In this document: one piece after another, positions 28,271-41,977 of the stretch
Layout: each line of letters begins with the position of its first letter
Numbering within the stretch: the first letter of the stretch is position 1
DNA from: Octopus sinensis
Taxonomy: Eukaryota
NCBI RefSeq assembly: GCF_006345805.1
Contig: NC_043020.1
Span: 13,826,001 to 13,890,000, forward strand
Direction of reading: 5' to 3'
DNA length: 64,000 nt
Program-made: the position numbers and the translations under genes
Notes under the pieces: model-generated
What the model was told of the DNA's origin: nothing
The model's input: only the letters and a program-made list of their open reading frames with translations
Databases searched by the model: none

Positions 28271-28429
28271 TAAATCACAGCAACCACATGGTGTTCCTAT
28301 ACCTTTAGATGGCACTTCTTGAGGGTCAACTTACCCAATACCAGAAACTCAGCAACACATCTATCAATGTTGATACAATGAGAAGTGGACCTGGTGAGAT
28401 TATAAAAATGCTGGGGTAGAGTATATCAT

Positions 28430-29085
28430 GGTAGTTATGTTTCTAGGAACAAGGGGAAAAATCAAGGTTTCTCAGTTCTGTGCAGTGAATGAACTAACCT
28501 TCAGCAACACAAAACCAGCTACTTGATCACCTTCAAGCATTCCAACCAAAAGGACTTGATTCTTATCAAGAAATGAAATAAGCAGATTGCCCTTCCTCGG
28601 GTGAAGAATATGTCCCTCAACAAAGGCTTCGCATTGCTGACTTCAGAATAAAATGGTTGAAGGACAAAGGACATTCTAGAAGAAGACAGTATGGAAACTA
28701 AAATATCCCTCTGCGAAAAATATTTTCAGGGTTTTCTAGTTTACACATGACAAAAAGAAAGCAATAGAGACCATTAATTAGAGGACAACTTGGAGTTTGA
28801 TGATACAATATAACAGAAACTACAGACCAGGTTTGTGGCTAGAGCAAGAAATCATATCTAAGTTAACATGGCAAGAGAATAGCATTGTTGATAAAACAAT
28901 AAAACTGAAAGACTGGCATGGAAAGACGGGCAGAAAACAGCTAACATAGAGCAATAGAACAAAAGAGGAGAGAGGTAAAGAGAAGCCAAAACTGGATGTT
29001 TGTCAGTGTACCAAAAAGATCAAAGTGCTACAGATTGTGAAGCTGTACTTCCTGAGTAAACTAAGACATTGTTGGGAACAAGTGT
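28430..29085 (+). mobile_element. Decayed RTE LINE, endonuclease C-terminus and linker
   Basis: Remnants resembling ...GEEYVPQQRLRIADFRIK...WKLK; many stops. Confidence 0.6.
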
Positions 29086-29539
29086 GTTTGAAGTTCTATA
29101 TTTAAGAGATGAGGAATTATGTACGTTAACGTTATTTACATTATTTATATTTGACGGATATTTGTCCTCATCTTGTTTGTTGTTAATACAACATTACGGC
29201 TGATATAACCCTCCAGCCTTTCTGAATCTATCTCTTAAATTACTCTCTCTCTCTCTCTCACCCCTTCCTCCCCTCTCCCTCCTCTATGTCTCCATGCCTC
29301 TCACTCATCGTCCTGCATCTGACGCATTATATTTGTCTTACCTGTCAGTGCTATGAATCTCCTCTCTCTCACTCCCTGTCTGTTCCTCCTCTTTGCCACT
29401 TTGCCTCTGATTTTTGCCAGCTGAATGAACTGGAGGCAAGTCGACCTCGGCAGAATTTGAACTCAGAGCGTAACGGCAGACGAAATACCGCTAAGCATTT
29501 CACCCGGCGTGCTAACGTTTCTGCCAGCTCGCCACCTTA

Positions 29540-29900
29540 ATGGTAAGGTTTCTTTGCCGAATCTACAGGAATATCCTGACCAATTAAAACAACTTATTGA
29601 GAGTACCAACATTGAAGGAATAAACCTTAGTCAGAACATCAGAAAATATAATTCAATGTATTCATTCACCTCATTTTGGGGCCAATGTCACATGACCCAC
29701 TGGTCAAGGCCTATATTGTTTCTGCTTGCAAGGACAAGTCTATCATCACAAGCCACTTACATCCTGAAAACAATGACCGTAGAAGATATGGTCAACTCTA
29801 TATTGTTGATTCTAATGAAGCCTTCTGGTGTATGTCAAATTTGCTTGAAAAGAAAAATTGAGAAGACAGAAATAAAACTTGTTAAGCAGAAGGAGAATAT
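29540..29900 (+). mobile_element. Helitron RepHel coding fragment
   Basis: NGKVSLPNLQEYPDQLKQL...NIRKYNSMYSFTS...LHPENNDRRRYGQLYIVDSNEA, typical of the pre-Rep region. Confidence 0.75.
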
Positions 29901-30274
29901 GGAAGCACTCCGTCGGTTACGGCGACGAGGGTTCCGGTTGATCCGAATCAACGGAACAGCCTGCTCGTGAAATTAACGTGTAAGTGGCTGAGCATTCCAC
30001 AGACACGTGTACCCTTAACGTAGTTCTCGGGGATATTCAGCGTGACACAGAGAGTGACAAGGCCGGCCCTTTGAAATACAGGAATAGGAAGTAAGAGTGA
30101 GAGAAAGTTGTGGTGAAAGAGTACAGCAGGGATCACCACCATCCCCTGCCGGAGCCTCGTGGAACTTTTAGGTGTTTTCGCTCAATAAACACTCACAACG
30201 CCCGGTCTGGGAATCGAAACCGCGATCCTATGACCGCGAGTCCGCTGCCCTAACCACTGGGCCATTGCGCCTCC
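29901..30274 (-). mobile_element. SINE family C, full copy
   Basis: Reverse complement of 819-1196. Confidence 0.85.
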
Positions 30275-30499
30275 ACAGAAGGAGAATAGTTGAAGTGAGA
30301 AGCAAAACAGCCAAGCAGAGGAGCAAACAGGGAGTGAGAGAGATGAGATTCATAGCACCAACAGGTAAGACAAAAACTATAACACGTTAAACGCCGGAGG
30401 ATGGGTGAGAGGCAAGGAAACATAGGGAAGGGAGGGGGAAGAGAGAGAGAGAGAGAGTGGGGACAGTGAGAGCTACAGAGATAGATTCAGTGAAAGAAG

Positions 30500-32000
30500 G
30501 GAGTGGATACAGAATAATAGTGAAGGACAATGAAACTGTTCTCATATTGTCATAGAGAAAACACTGGAAAACTTTTTGTTTTCAGCAACATATGATAAAG
30601 CAGTTGGAAATATGGAAATTGCAAAAACAAATGTTACCAAGGACCTTGCGCTAGCATAACAAAAACAGCCGAAATGCTTGGTGTATCAAGAAGTACTGTC
30701 TCGAAAGTAATGACAACCTTTGAGAAAGAGAGAAAAACCTCCTCGTCGAAACAAAACTCCAGAAGAAAACCAAAATTTTCAGATAGGACTCTTATGCAAA
30801 GGGAGTAAAAATAGAAGTAGTTGATAGCTTCCGTTACCTAGGTGACGAAGTCAGTAGCAGGGGTGGGTGCTCTGAAAGTGTAGCTACTAGAATAAGAATA
30901 GCCTGGGTAAAGTTCAGAGAGCTCCTACCTCTGCTGGTGACAAAGGGCCTCTCGCTCAGAGTAAAAGGTAGACTGTATGTCGCATGTGTACGAACAGCCA
31001 TGCTACATGGCAGTGAAACATGGGCCGTGACTGCCTAGGAGATGTGTAAGTTTGCAAGGAATGAAGCCAGTATGCTCCGATGGATGTGTAATGTCAGTGT
31101 GCATACTCGACAGTGTAAATGCCTTGAGAGAAAAGTCGGACCTAAGAAGCATCAGATGTGGTGTGCAAGAGAGATGACTGTGTTGGTATGGTCATGTGGT
31201 GCGAATGGATGAGGATAGCTCCGTGAAAAAGTGTCACACCCTAGCGGTTGAGGGAAACTGTGGAAGAGGTAGACCCAGGAAGACCTGGGATGAGGTGGTG
31301 AAGCGTGACCTTCGAACATTAGGCCTCACCGAGGCAATGACTAGTGACCGAGACCTTTGGAAATATGCTGTGCTTGAGAAGACCTGGCAAGCCAAGTGAG
31401 ACCATAACCCGTGGCCTATGCCAGTGGTGTAACCAGCCCACTTAGACACACCTATCTTTCATTGGACTCTAAACTCTGCTTGCAAAGGCCTGTTGAGGCA
31501 AGTGAAATCGAAATCAAATTCAATGACCGCACCGCATGACTGGCATCTGTGCTAGTGGAGCGCTAAGAGCACCATCAGGGTGTGATCGTTGCCAGGGATG
31601 CTGACTGGCCCCCATGCCAGTGGCACATAAAAAACACTATTCGACTGTGATCGTTATCAGCATCGCTTTACTGGCACATGTGCCAGTGGTAAATGAAAAA
31701 CAACATTCGAGCAAGGGTGTTGCCAGTGCCACTGGCCTGGCTCCTAAGCAGCTGACATGTAAAAATACCATTTGAGTGTGGCCATTGCCAGTACCACCTG
31801 ACTGGCCCTCATGCTGGTGACATGTAAAAGCGCCCACTACGCTCTCAGAGTGGTTGGCGTTAGGAAGGGCATCAAGCTGTAGAAACTCTGTCAAGTCAGA
31901 TTGGACCCTGGTGCAGCCATCTGGCTCACCAGTCCCCAGTCAAACCGTCCAGCCCATGCCAGCATGGAAAGCGGACATTAAACAATGACGATGATGATGA
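30500..32000 (+). mobile_element. RTE LINE RT C-terminus plus 3'UTR (source of the family D tail)
   Basis: SFRYLG, VRTAMLHGSETWAVT, GRGRPRKTWDEVVKRDL; the 3'UTR has repeated GGCAC(A/G)TAAAA units and ends in the D tail plus (GAT)n. Confidence 0.85.
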
Positions 32001-32002
32001 TC

Positions 32003-32310
32003 ACAAAGTATGGTTCCCAAAATTACTGCAGAGCTTAATGACCACCTCGATTACCCAGTTTCCACAAAAACTGTTCACCGGGAGCTGCACAAAGCTGGAT
32101 TTCATAGGAGGGTTGCAATCAGAAAACCACTACTTTCAAAAACAAACGTTGCAAAGCATTTAGCGTGGAGTAAAAACCTACAGAATTGGTCCCTAGAGCA
32201 GTGGAAGAAGGTTATTTTCTCAGACGAGCCATCCTTTACCTTATTTCTGACCACCTACCAAGAATATGTGTGGAGACAGTCAAATGAAGCATGTGAACCA
32301 GACTCTCTTT
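32003..32310 (+). mobile_element. Tc1-type transposase fragment
   Basis: VSTKTVHRELHKAGF..RKPLLS..W.KVIFSDE. Confidence 0.85.
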
Positions 32311-33109
32311 TATTTGTTTCAATCATTGAACTGTGGCCATACTGGGGCACTGTCTTGATGAATTTAGTTGAACAAATAGACGCCATAGGCGTAGGAGTGG
32401 CTGTGTGGTAAGTAGCTTGCTAACCAACCACATGGTTCCGGGTTCAGTCCCACTGCGTGGCATCTTGGGCAAGTGTCTTCTGCTATAGCCCCGGGCCGAC
32501 CAATGCCTTGTGAGTGGATTTGGTAGACGGAAACTGAAAGAAGCCCGTCGTATATATATGTATATATATATGTATATATGTGTGTGTGTTTGTCCCCCTA
32601 GCATTGCTTGACAACCGATGCTGGTGTGTTTACGTCCCCGTTACTTAGCGGTTCGGCAAAAGAGACCAACAGAATAAGTACTGGGCTTACAAAGAATAAG
32701 TCCCGGGGTCGATTTGCTCGACTAAAGGCGGTGCTCCAGCATGGCCGCAGTCAAATGACTGAAACAAGTAAAAGAGTAAAGTCTGGTACTTATTCTTTCA
32801 GAAATTATTTGCTGACTCGTTAAGTTACAGAGATGTAAACAAACCAATACCGGTTATCAAGCAGTGATAGGGAAGAACAGCAAGACATATTTACAGACAC
32901 AAATATACACAACAGGCCTCCACTCTGTTCCCGTCTACCAAATTCATTCATTAGACATTAGCTAGCCTAGGTCTATAGTAGAAAATATTTGCCCAAGGTG
33001 CCACGCAGTAGGTCTGAACCTGAAACCTCGTAGCTGCAAAGCGAGTTTCTTAACCACAAGTCAAGCCTGTCAAACTAAGAATTTTATAGTCAAATGCTTT
33101 TTAAAAAGG

Positions 33110-33705
33110 CCTATTTCTTTACTACCCACAAGGGGCCAAACACAGAGAGGACAAACAAGGATAGACAAACGGATTAATTCGATTATATAGACCCCAGTGC
33201 GTAACTGGTACTTATTTAATCGACCCCGAAAGGATGAAAGGTAAAGTCGACCTCGGAAGAATTTGAACTCAGAACGTAACGGCAGACGAAATACCTATTT
33301 CTTTACTACCCACAAGGGGCCAAACACAGAAAGGACAAATAAGGACAGACAAACGGATTGATTCGATTATATCGACTCCAGTGCGTAACTGGTACTTATT
33401 TAATCGACCCCGAAAGGATGAAAGGTAAAGTCGACCTCGGCGGAATTTGAACTCAGAAAAGTAGCAGCAGACGAAATACCTATTTCTTTATTGCCCACAA
33501 GAGGCTAAACATAGAGAGGACAAACAAGGACAGACAAACGGATTAAGTCGATTATATCGACCCCAGTGCGTAACTGGCACTTATTTAATCGACCCCGAAA
33601 GGATGAAAGGTAAAGTCGACCTCGGCGGAATTTGAACTCAGAACGTAGTGGCAGACGAAATACTGCTAAGCATTTCGCCCGGCGTGCTAACGTTTCTGCC
33701 AGCTC
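33110..33705 (-). repeat. SINE family A trimer (about 185-bp units) ending about 165 bp upstream of the MTCH ATG
   Basis: Junctions at about 33292 and 33477; the head is present only on the rightmost unit. Confidence 0.9.
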
Positions 33706-33870
33706 AAAGCGAAAACTCTGACAAGAACTGACTCCAAAGTTGAAAATTTCAAGATTTCAACACTAGCCGAAGAGGGAGATAATTGAGAAAGCTCTATTCT
33801 AGAGTTACTGTCCTTTGTTGTAGGACTTTCCAGTCATTTAAGGTTTTCATATTTGATTCACTCTGCCACA

Positions 33871-33951
33871 ATGGTCACTGTAGAACATGGATTTGGGGCT
33901 TTCTTGACCTCTGTTTTCCACCCTTTGTCGTATGCGAAGTTTCTAATCCAG
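33871..33951 (+). CDS. MTCH2: Mitochondrial carrier homolog, coding exon 1 (MVTVEHGFGAFLTSVFHPLSYAKFLIQ)
   Basis: GCCACAATGG start context; first in-frame ATG after a stop at 33784; CAG|GTAAGA donor; matches the MTCH N-terminus (GSGLTILSQPLMYVKVLIQ). Confidence 0.9.
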
Positions 33952-34414
33952 GTAAGACTCTTCCAGCGTCAGTAATCCACGCCTGGCTTCGTTTATTTCC
34001 CCGTATGTCTTCTAAACAAACGTCTGCAATACGACACGTGTATCATCGTTTCAACCCCAGTCGCTCCTTCTCTAACCTCTATTAGCAAAGGGTGTCGTTC
34101 CTCTTCGATAGTTACCAACTGTAAAACACCTTTCCATATCTTTTTTACTGTTGGTTTTGTCTTCTTTTTAAATCGTTATTTTCTAAGTTAAAAGTATTTC
34201 CGCGTTGCCAGTTCGTTTCTATTTGCCTACATAGGTATATTTGACCAACAAACCTGGCCAAGCACCGTCTCTTGTGTGTCTAATCATTTATTTATCTTCC
34301 TGAATAATTTTACTCACGTTTTGTGTATTTAGTCTGGTTTACTGACAGGAAATAAGTACAAAGTACAAAATGATCCACAAACACCACATTACCTACTATT
34401 ATACGCATACACAC

Positions 34415-34505
34415 TTTATATATATATATATATTATATATATTTATATATATATATATATATATTATATATATTTATATATATATATATATATATTATAT
34501 ATATT

Positions 34506-34536
<31 letters not shown>

Positions 34537-34610
34537 TATATATATATATATAATTATATATATTTATATATATATATATTTATATATATATATATATATA
34601 TTATATATAT

Positions 34611-34641
<31 letters not shown>

Positions 34642-34794
34642 ATATATATTATATATATTTATATATATATATATTATATATATTATATTATATATATATA
34701 TATTATATTATATATATTTATATATATATATATATATTATATATATTTATATATATATATATTTATATATATATATATATATATTATATATATT

Positions 34795-34826
<32 letters not shown>

Positions 34827-34880
34827 ATATATACATACACATACATATATATATTATATATACATACACATACATATATA

Positions 34881-34919
<39 letters not shown>

Positions 34920-35040
34920 CATACATATATATTATATATATATACACATACATACATATATATATATATACAAACACACAAACATAAATATGTAATATAT
35001 ATGTATGTGTGTGTGTATTAAAATTTATATGTATATAGAT
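34415..35040. repeat. (TA)n-rich microsatellite in MTCH intron 1
   Basis: Direct reading; produces the spurious 205-aa YI ORF. Confidence 0.95.
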
Positions 35041-38000
35041 AATCAAATTTATAGTGTTATCTTATAAATTATCTCGCTCTTATGTTCCTAACGATTTTTT
35101 AAAAAAGCAGTTTATTTTACAGAATTGTGATAAGGTTACCAATGATACTGTTCTTGGGGAAAGGCATGAATGTCAAAACCAAAAATCTTGAGTTCATACA
35201 AGAAACTATTAATAATAATTTTATAAATATTTGTGTATATCTTTGTTAATAATGTTTGTTGAATTAGCAATTTCTCATTATTATTATTCCTTGTTTAAAT
35301 ATCGATTTCTGTTTGGCAAAGATTGTCGGTCTCCAGTTTAGGGGAAAGGATCCCTAAATTGATTTACATTAGTCCCCAATACTTGACTAGTTCTATTTTA
35401 TCGACCCCCCCTGTGAGTCACTGGCGGAATTTGATCTCAGAGTATAAAGGTATTCAATTAGTAATTAATGCAAAGGTATTTAGGATATCGCGGAAGTAAC
35501 TGTCTAAATTTACAACTTCAACATTCTCAGATTTCCTGCAAGGTATGATACAAAAAAAAAAAAAAACCCAACGAATATCGAACCAGCGAACTACCGGAAT
35601 GGAATATGTTGGTTGTGTTGTTGACATTGAACACAAAGAAGAGACGTTGGTGTCATTAATTAATTAATACCTGCAATTAACAGGATTTACTAGTGTCTTT
35701 TTTTTTTCTCGTATTATCATAAATTTTACTATTGTTTCGTATTTTCTCTGTATTGTAATAAATCTCTTAAATGAAATTAAATTTGTAGCAGACCATCAAA
35801 TGATATTTGAATTTTCACATTTGACAATTAATTCTGTGGTACCTGCATTTTTGTTATTGTTTTCGAACGAAAATAATAATTTTATTCTCTATGAAGGTTA
35901 TTTTTCTTGGTTGACTCTCCCGAAATGTCCTTTTAAGACCGTATTTACTTTTTTTTTAATCCACCAACGTCAGTTTAAAGGTCGTTTTGGTACGATTACA
36001 ATTAATTAAACGTTCCACTGCACACCAACATTGTTAATTAACTAAAATGTTATATATTTTTATATTTATTAATGAAAACCTTCATGTGGACGTCGGTTGG
36101 GAAATTAAGGTGAATGTTTAGCAAAGCAGAAGCCACACCTGTCAACGTAACGTCGGGTAAAAAGTCTTCAGCGGTTGTTCCCAAAATGAATTTCTGAAGT
36201 ACTATAATAAACATTCATTGATTTAGCGATGTTGGTCAATATACGGACATAGTGAGTAAGTTAGTGACCATTGATGAAACTACCTTCAATATAGTTTCTT
36301 TGGTTGAGATCTGGGACAGATTAAGCTGTAGTATCTCCTGTTTTTTTTTATCTAAATGACATAGAATGATCTATTTCATTTTTTAAAAAAATAGATAAAA
36401 TATGTATGACATTACTCTTTTACTTGTTTCAGTCATTTGACTGCGGCCATGCTGGAGCACCGCCTTTAATCGAGCAACTCGACCCCGGGACTTATTCATT
36501 TTGTAAGCCCAGTACTTATTCTATCGGTCTCTTTTGCCGAACCGCTAAGTGACGGGGACGTAAACACACCAGCATCGGTTGTCAAGCAATGCTAGGGGGA
36601 CAAACACAGACACACAAACACACACGCATACATATATATATATACATATATACGACGGGCTTCTTTCAGTTTCCATCTACCAAATCCACTCACAAGGCAT
36701 TGGTTGGCCCGGGGCTATAGTAGAAGACACTTGCCCAAGGTGCCACGCAGTGGGACTGAACCCGGAACCATGTGGTTGGTTAGCAAGCTACTTACCACAC
36801 AGCCACTCCTGCGCACATTGCTACATTCTTGAGAAAAACACAGTTTTGGCTGCATAAAAGAAGTCGACTTTCAATTATTTTGACAGTTTGTCATTCTATC
36901 AGTTATTTTGATAGTGTAAAATTTTTATTTCCTTCATCATCATCAACGTTTAACGTCCGCTTTCCATGCTAGCATGGGTTGGACGGTTCAACTGGGGTCT
37001 GGGAAACCAGAAGGCTGCACCAGGCCCAGTCTGATCTGGCAATGTTTCTACGGCTGGATGCCCTTCCTAACGCCAACCACTCCGCGAGTGTAGTGGGTGC
37101 TTTTTACGTTCCACTGGCACAGGTGCCAGACGGGGCTGGCAAACGGCCACGAGCGGATGGTGCTTTTTACGTGCCACCAGCACAGGTGCCAGACGGGGCT
37201 GGCAAACGGCCACGATCGGATGGTGCTTTTTACTTGCCACTGGCACGGGGGCCAGGCCAGGCTGGCAACGCCATGTTTGTAAAAATGAGAAAGCATTATT
37301 CATAGTTGAATTCAGACTAAAATGACGCTAGGAACTCACCCCCCACAGTTTTAGCACCTATAACTCTTCATTGACACCTTTGATATCAAATATTGAGACT
37401 GCTTCTGGTGTTATGATAACAAACTTCCTATTTTAACGTGATTATAATTAAAACTCTCTCAAATCAAAAAGACATATGGTTAGTTCACAGAACAAAACTT
37501 TTTTTGAAGTTCAAATGCAAAAATATTTATTGATTGTTGTCATTCCAACTGCAGAAAAAAGATGAATCGCTTTGTGTGTGCACACATGTGAGATGTGTAT
37601 CTGCAATGAAAGTGAATTCTAGTAGTTGTTGAATTTTATAGTGGGTGCCCTAAGTTCTTGCGGCAACTGTATATACTCAACAATCTATCAAAGAAAAGGA
37701 GCCAAAGACAAAATTGTTAATGATATTCCAATAGGTTGTTTACAACAAGCATCTGCTGGGTCTGTCATGTTTTCACTGGCCAGCCCAGCTTCTGATAAAA
37801 ACAAGTCCTTAGTGTGTTTACCAGGGACCTGAATGGTCAGTTCTTTACTGATGTCATCAATCCTTGACAAGAGCCTGTTTTTGTATTTACAATTACTTTA
37901 ACTTCCGAACACATAGATTTCAGGTTCAGTTCCTAAGCAGTGAAGTTGGGTGTTTGGCACTCTGCCAATATTCCTGTCTCGCCTCCATCAAAACTGCATG

Positions 38001-38977
38001 CTAATTTATGTTGCAAACACCAACTTAATAATGACAAATTTCTTCTACTGAATTCATCATTATTTTCAAATTTAATTAAATCAAAAAGCAAGTGTATCTC
38101 AACAGGAATGTGATGGCAAAAGTAGTTATCAGCCCATAGTTACAAACTCTATCTAATCTGAAGCAAACCATTTTGATCGGAAACATGAAATATCTCAACC
38201 AGCTCAGTAGAAAAAAACTAATGAAGAAAACTTTATGTCTAACCTGCTAGAAACAGCAACCAAATCTACCATTAAAAAGGAGGAAAGATATATTTAATAA
38301 TGAAGTCCTCTACAAATAGAAGTAGCATTCTCTCTCTCTCTCTCTTCCCCTCCTCCTTCTGCTACAGTACTTACACTTTTCTGAAATTCATAGGAATACT
38401 GACAGGTGGCTTAGTATTGCTTTGTTTAGTTTACTGAATACTAAGTAGAAATGCACCTAGGTTTACCTGTTCAGGTATAAATTTTATATAATTATATATT
38501 AGTATGTATATTGTATTATTTATCATATGCTAGTGAGCGAGAGAGAAACCTGTATTTTATTCAATCAATTCCTTTTACTACAGTCTGCCTCAACTAATCT
38601 ATATCTATAAAAGTCTATATATATAAAAGAGAGTTTGTGTGTGTGCATGTGTATGTTCCTTATGCATTTGAAAACTGAGTTGCCAATCTTGATGTATGGA
38701 GTATCAAAAGATTCAGTGATCTTTCGGCTAGCAAATAAACTTTATTTTCATTTACATATTTTCTGTGTTATCTCAACAACCAGCTTTAGTTATTTGAAAG
38801 ACACTGCTCTACAACAACTAGGTTTCATTAAAAAGTGAAAATAGTTTCACACTTTCAATTTGAACCAAAATTATAAAGTGTTGCATTATGAGAGTGACAA
38901 TCGGTGAATAATGAAAGTAATGTTTCTCCGAATTAGTCACATTTGTACTATGAAAAAGAAAGCTACTTATCATCTAT

Positions 38978-40310
38978 CAGGGCTAATGTAGTTCCGCACC
39001 TCTCCTTGAAAAATGCATTTAAAAAAAATTTTTTTTTTTTTCAGATTCCTGTTTTAGATGTTACAGATTACAAATATGCAAAAAAAAAATTTTTTTTTAA
39101 TCTCCTCCGCCCCCACTCCCATATAAAATTTTGGACTTTTTCGAAATAATTTTTTTATTCCTTATATTTTAGATGACAGAGATTCCGAATATGCAAGAAA
39201 CCATGTTTTCAAAATTTTAAATTCAGTAAGCAAATGTGTATAAAGAGATAGATAGATAGGTATGTATGCCTTCCTAGGGCTAAAAACAACAGTAACACCG
39301 TTTTCTATAGGATTGCCACATTTAGTTGACAAATATATTTTACGAATAAATAGATAAATAAATAAATGGATGAAAAAGTCAAAAATTTAAAATTGGGGGA
39401 GGGGGTGAAATTTAAGCCCCTAATTAAATTTTATGACATTAATTATTAAACATTGTTTGTTTCTCATAAAATGGTGCATGTTTATTACAGAGATGTACTT
39501 GCATAGCAAGTGACCTGATCTGAGATCGTGTGCTGGAACAAAAACAATTGCAGCGTGGAAGGTGTTTATAAGTCATTTAAGAAACACACAAATATAATAA
39601 TTGCTAAAAGTAACTTGTACCATTCCTTATTATCTAATATTTGTAAACTTCCAAGAATGAATCATTTGGTTCCATCCCCTTCATAGCTTACGTAACACCC
39701 TCATTGGAATATTGTCCACATATCAACAGTGGTTCTGTTGGTGGCACGTAAGAGAACCATCCGAACGTGGCCGTTGCCAGTGCCGCCCTGACTGGCCTCC
39801 GTGCCGGTGGCACATAAAATGCATCATCCGATCGTGGCTGTTTGCCAGCCTCGTCTGGCACCTGTGCGGGTGGCACATAAAAAGCACCCACTACACTCAC
39901 GGAGTGGTTGGCGTTAGGAAGGGCATCCAGCCATAGAAACATTGCCAGATCAGACTGGGCCTGGTGCAGCCTTCTGGCTTCCCAGACCCCAGTTGAACCG
40001 TCCAACCCACGCTAGCATGGAAAGCGGACGCTAAACAATGATGATTTAAGGCAAACACAAGTAAAACGCAAATTCTTTTCACTTTAATGTTTTTGTATGT
40101 ATTTAATTTCAATTTGCATATGTTCATCAATTCGCTATGATCTCTTTAGAGCAAACAAAATCAAAAATTTAAATTGGGGGCAGGGTCATTAAATTAAAAT
40201 AATTTTTTGTTTGCATTTTCATAATCTCCAACATCTCAAACATAGGAATCCAAAAAAGTTATTTTTAAAAATGCATTTTTCAAGGAGAGGTGCAAAGCTG
40301 CATTAGCCCC
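38978..40310. mobile_element. TIR DNA transposon remnant with a nested retroposon
   Basis: GGGCTAATG...GCACCTCTCCTTGAAAAATGCATTT at about 38978 is inverted at about 40255-40310. Confidence 0.6.
39591..40025 (+). mobile_element. AT-rich leader plus RTE-tail composite, single 62-63-bp unit
   Basis: Near-identical to 57687-57900 and 60190-60370. Confidence 0.8.
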
Positions 40311-40325
40311 CAGTTATTAATATAT

Positions 40326-40800
40326 ATTAGATCATCCCATAAGTAGTTTTTTTCAATTGCATGAACTAAAAGTCAGAAGGGGACAGAATAAACTACCTGC
40401 ATCAACTTGCTCTAAAAGCAGGTAGTAATTTTACCTTGTCTTTATTCTTAGTGCAAGTTTTGAAGAGTGCGGTTCAATTTTGACAGTTATTTTATCAAAG
40501 CTATAATGGAAGTGACAAAGGAGCATATTTTGCTTTATGAGTTCAATAAAGGCAACAACACAACAGAAAGTGCGAGGAATATTAATGCAGTATATGAGGA
40601 TCGGACAATAAGCGTAAGGCAGTGTCAACAGTGGTTCCAGAAATTCTGAGCTGGAAATTACAGCCTAGAAGATGTGCCTCGTCCTGGAAGATCTATAGAG
40701 CTCAACGAGGACATCCTGCAAACTCTGGTGAAACAAAATCCCATCGTAACTGTTGAGGAACTAGCAGAGAAGCTTGGATTTGGTCGTTCAACCAGTCATT
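40326..40800 (+). mobile_element. Mariner transposase 5' fragment
   Basis: MEVTKEHILLYEFNKG...WFQKF*AGNYSLEDVPRPGR...ELAEKLG. Confidence 0.85.
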
Positions 40801-41073
40801 CAGCACTAGAAAAACAACCATCTTCGGTTTCAAGACAGACACAGACACACAAACATAGATATATGACGAGATAAATTGAGCTAGGGAATTAAGATCTGGT
40901 ACAAATACTTGCAACAGACCAAAGTCTGCTAAAGACCTCCAGTATTAAACTTAATGGATTAAGTCTGAATTTGGTCGGCAGAAACTGTGTGGAAGCCTGC
41001 TATGTGTGTATATACATGCATGTATGTGTGTGTGTCTTTGCTTTTACATTTACATACTAGAAACTGTCTACGT

Positions 41074-41358
41074 CAGTGGGTCTCAATCATTTGCCTATGG
41101 ACCCCTTTGATTCCTGTTTTAATCTACTGGGCCCCCATGTTAAAAAGAAATCCTATTGTATTTTTATGCTCTTTACTCTTTCACTTGTTTTTCATTTGAC
41201 TGTGGCCGTGCTGGAGCACTGCCCTTAGTCGAGCAAATCGACCCCAGTACTTATTCTATCAGTCTCTTTTGCTGAACCGCTAAGCTACGGGGATGTAAAC
41301 ACACCAGCATCGGTTGTCAAGTGATGGTTGGGGGATAAACACAGACACACAAACATAT

Positions 41359-41419
<61 letters not shown>

Positions 41420-41977
41420 TATGATGGGCTTCTTTCAGTTTCCGTCTACCAAATCCACTCACAAGGCTTTGGTCGGCCCAAGGCTATAGTAGAAGACACT
41501 TGCCCAAGGTGCCACACAGTGGGACAGAACCCAGAACTATGTAGTTCATAAGTAAGCTACTTACCATACAGCCACTCCTACGCTTAATTAAATATTATTA
41601 GGAATTGTATTAAAGCAGTGAGCTGACAGAATCGTTAGCATGCCAGGTGAAATGCTTAGTGGTATTTCATCCATCTTTAAGTTCTGAGTTCGAATTCTGC
41701 CGAGGTCGACTTTGCCTTTCATCTTTCCAGGCTCGATTAAATAAGTACCAGTTACGCACTGGGGTTGATGCAGTGAACTTAATCCCCTCCCCCAAGCTGC
41801 CCTTGTGGCAAAAATTTGAAATCATTAGGAATTATATTTAAAAAAATGTTAATATATTTTATGTATTGTAGAAATATAACCAAATAATGGTACATACACT
41901 TTAATAAAACCTTAAATGGACTCCCAAGCAACATATAGACCCCCAAGGGTCATATGGACCCTGGTTGAGAATCATTG
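41074..41977. mobile_element. hAT-like MITE carrying SINE B and SINE A insertions
   Basis: CAGTGGGTCTCAA.../...TTGAGAATCATTG ends; related to 54466-55051. Confidence 0.65.

Noticed and set aside
33783-34085. 100-aa ORF MRKLYSRV...
   Set aside because: It is the wrong frame over MTCH exon 1 and reads through the donor.
37626-37870. Overlapping 60-68-aa ORFs in MTCH intron 1
   Set aside because: No homology and no consistent splice sites.
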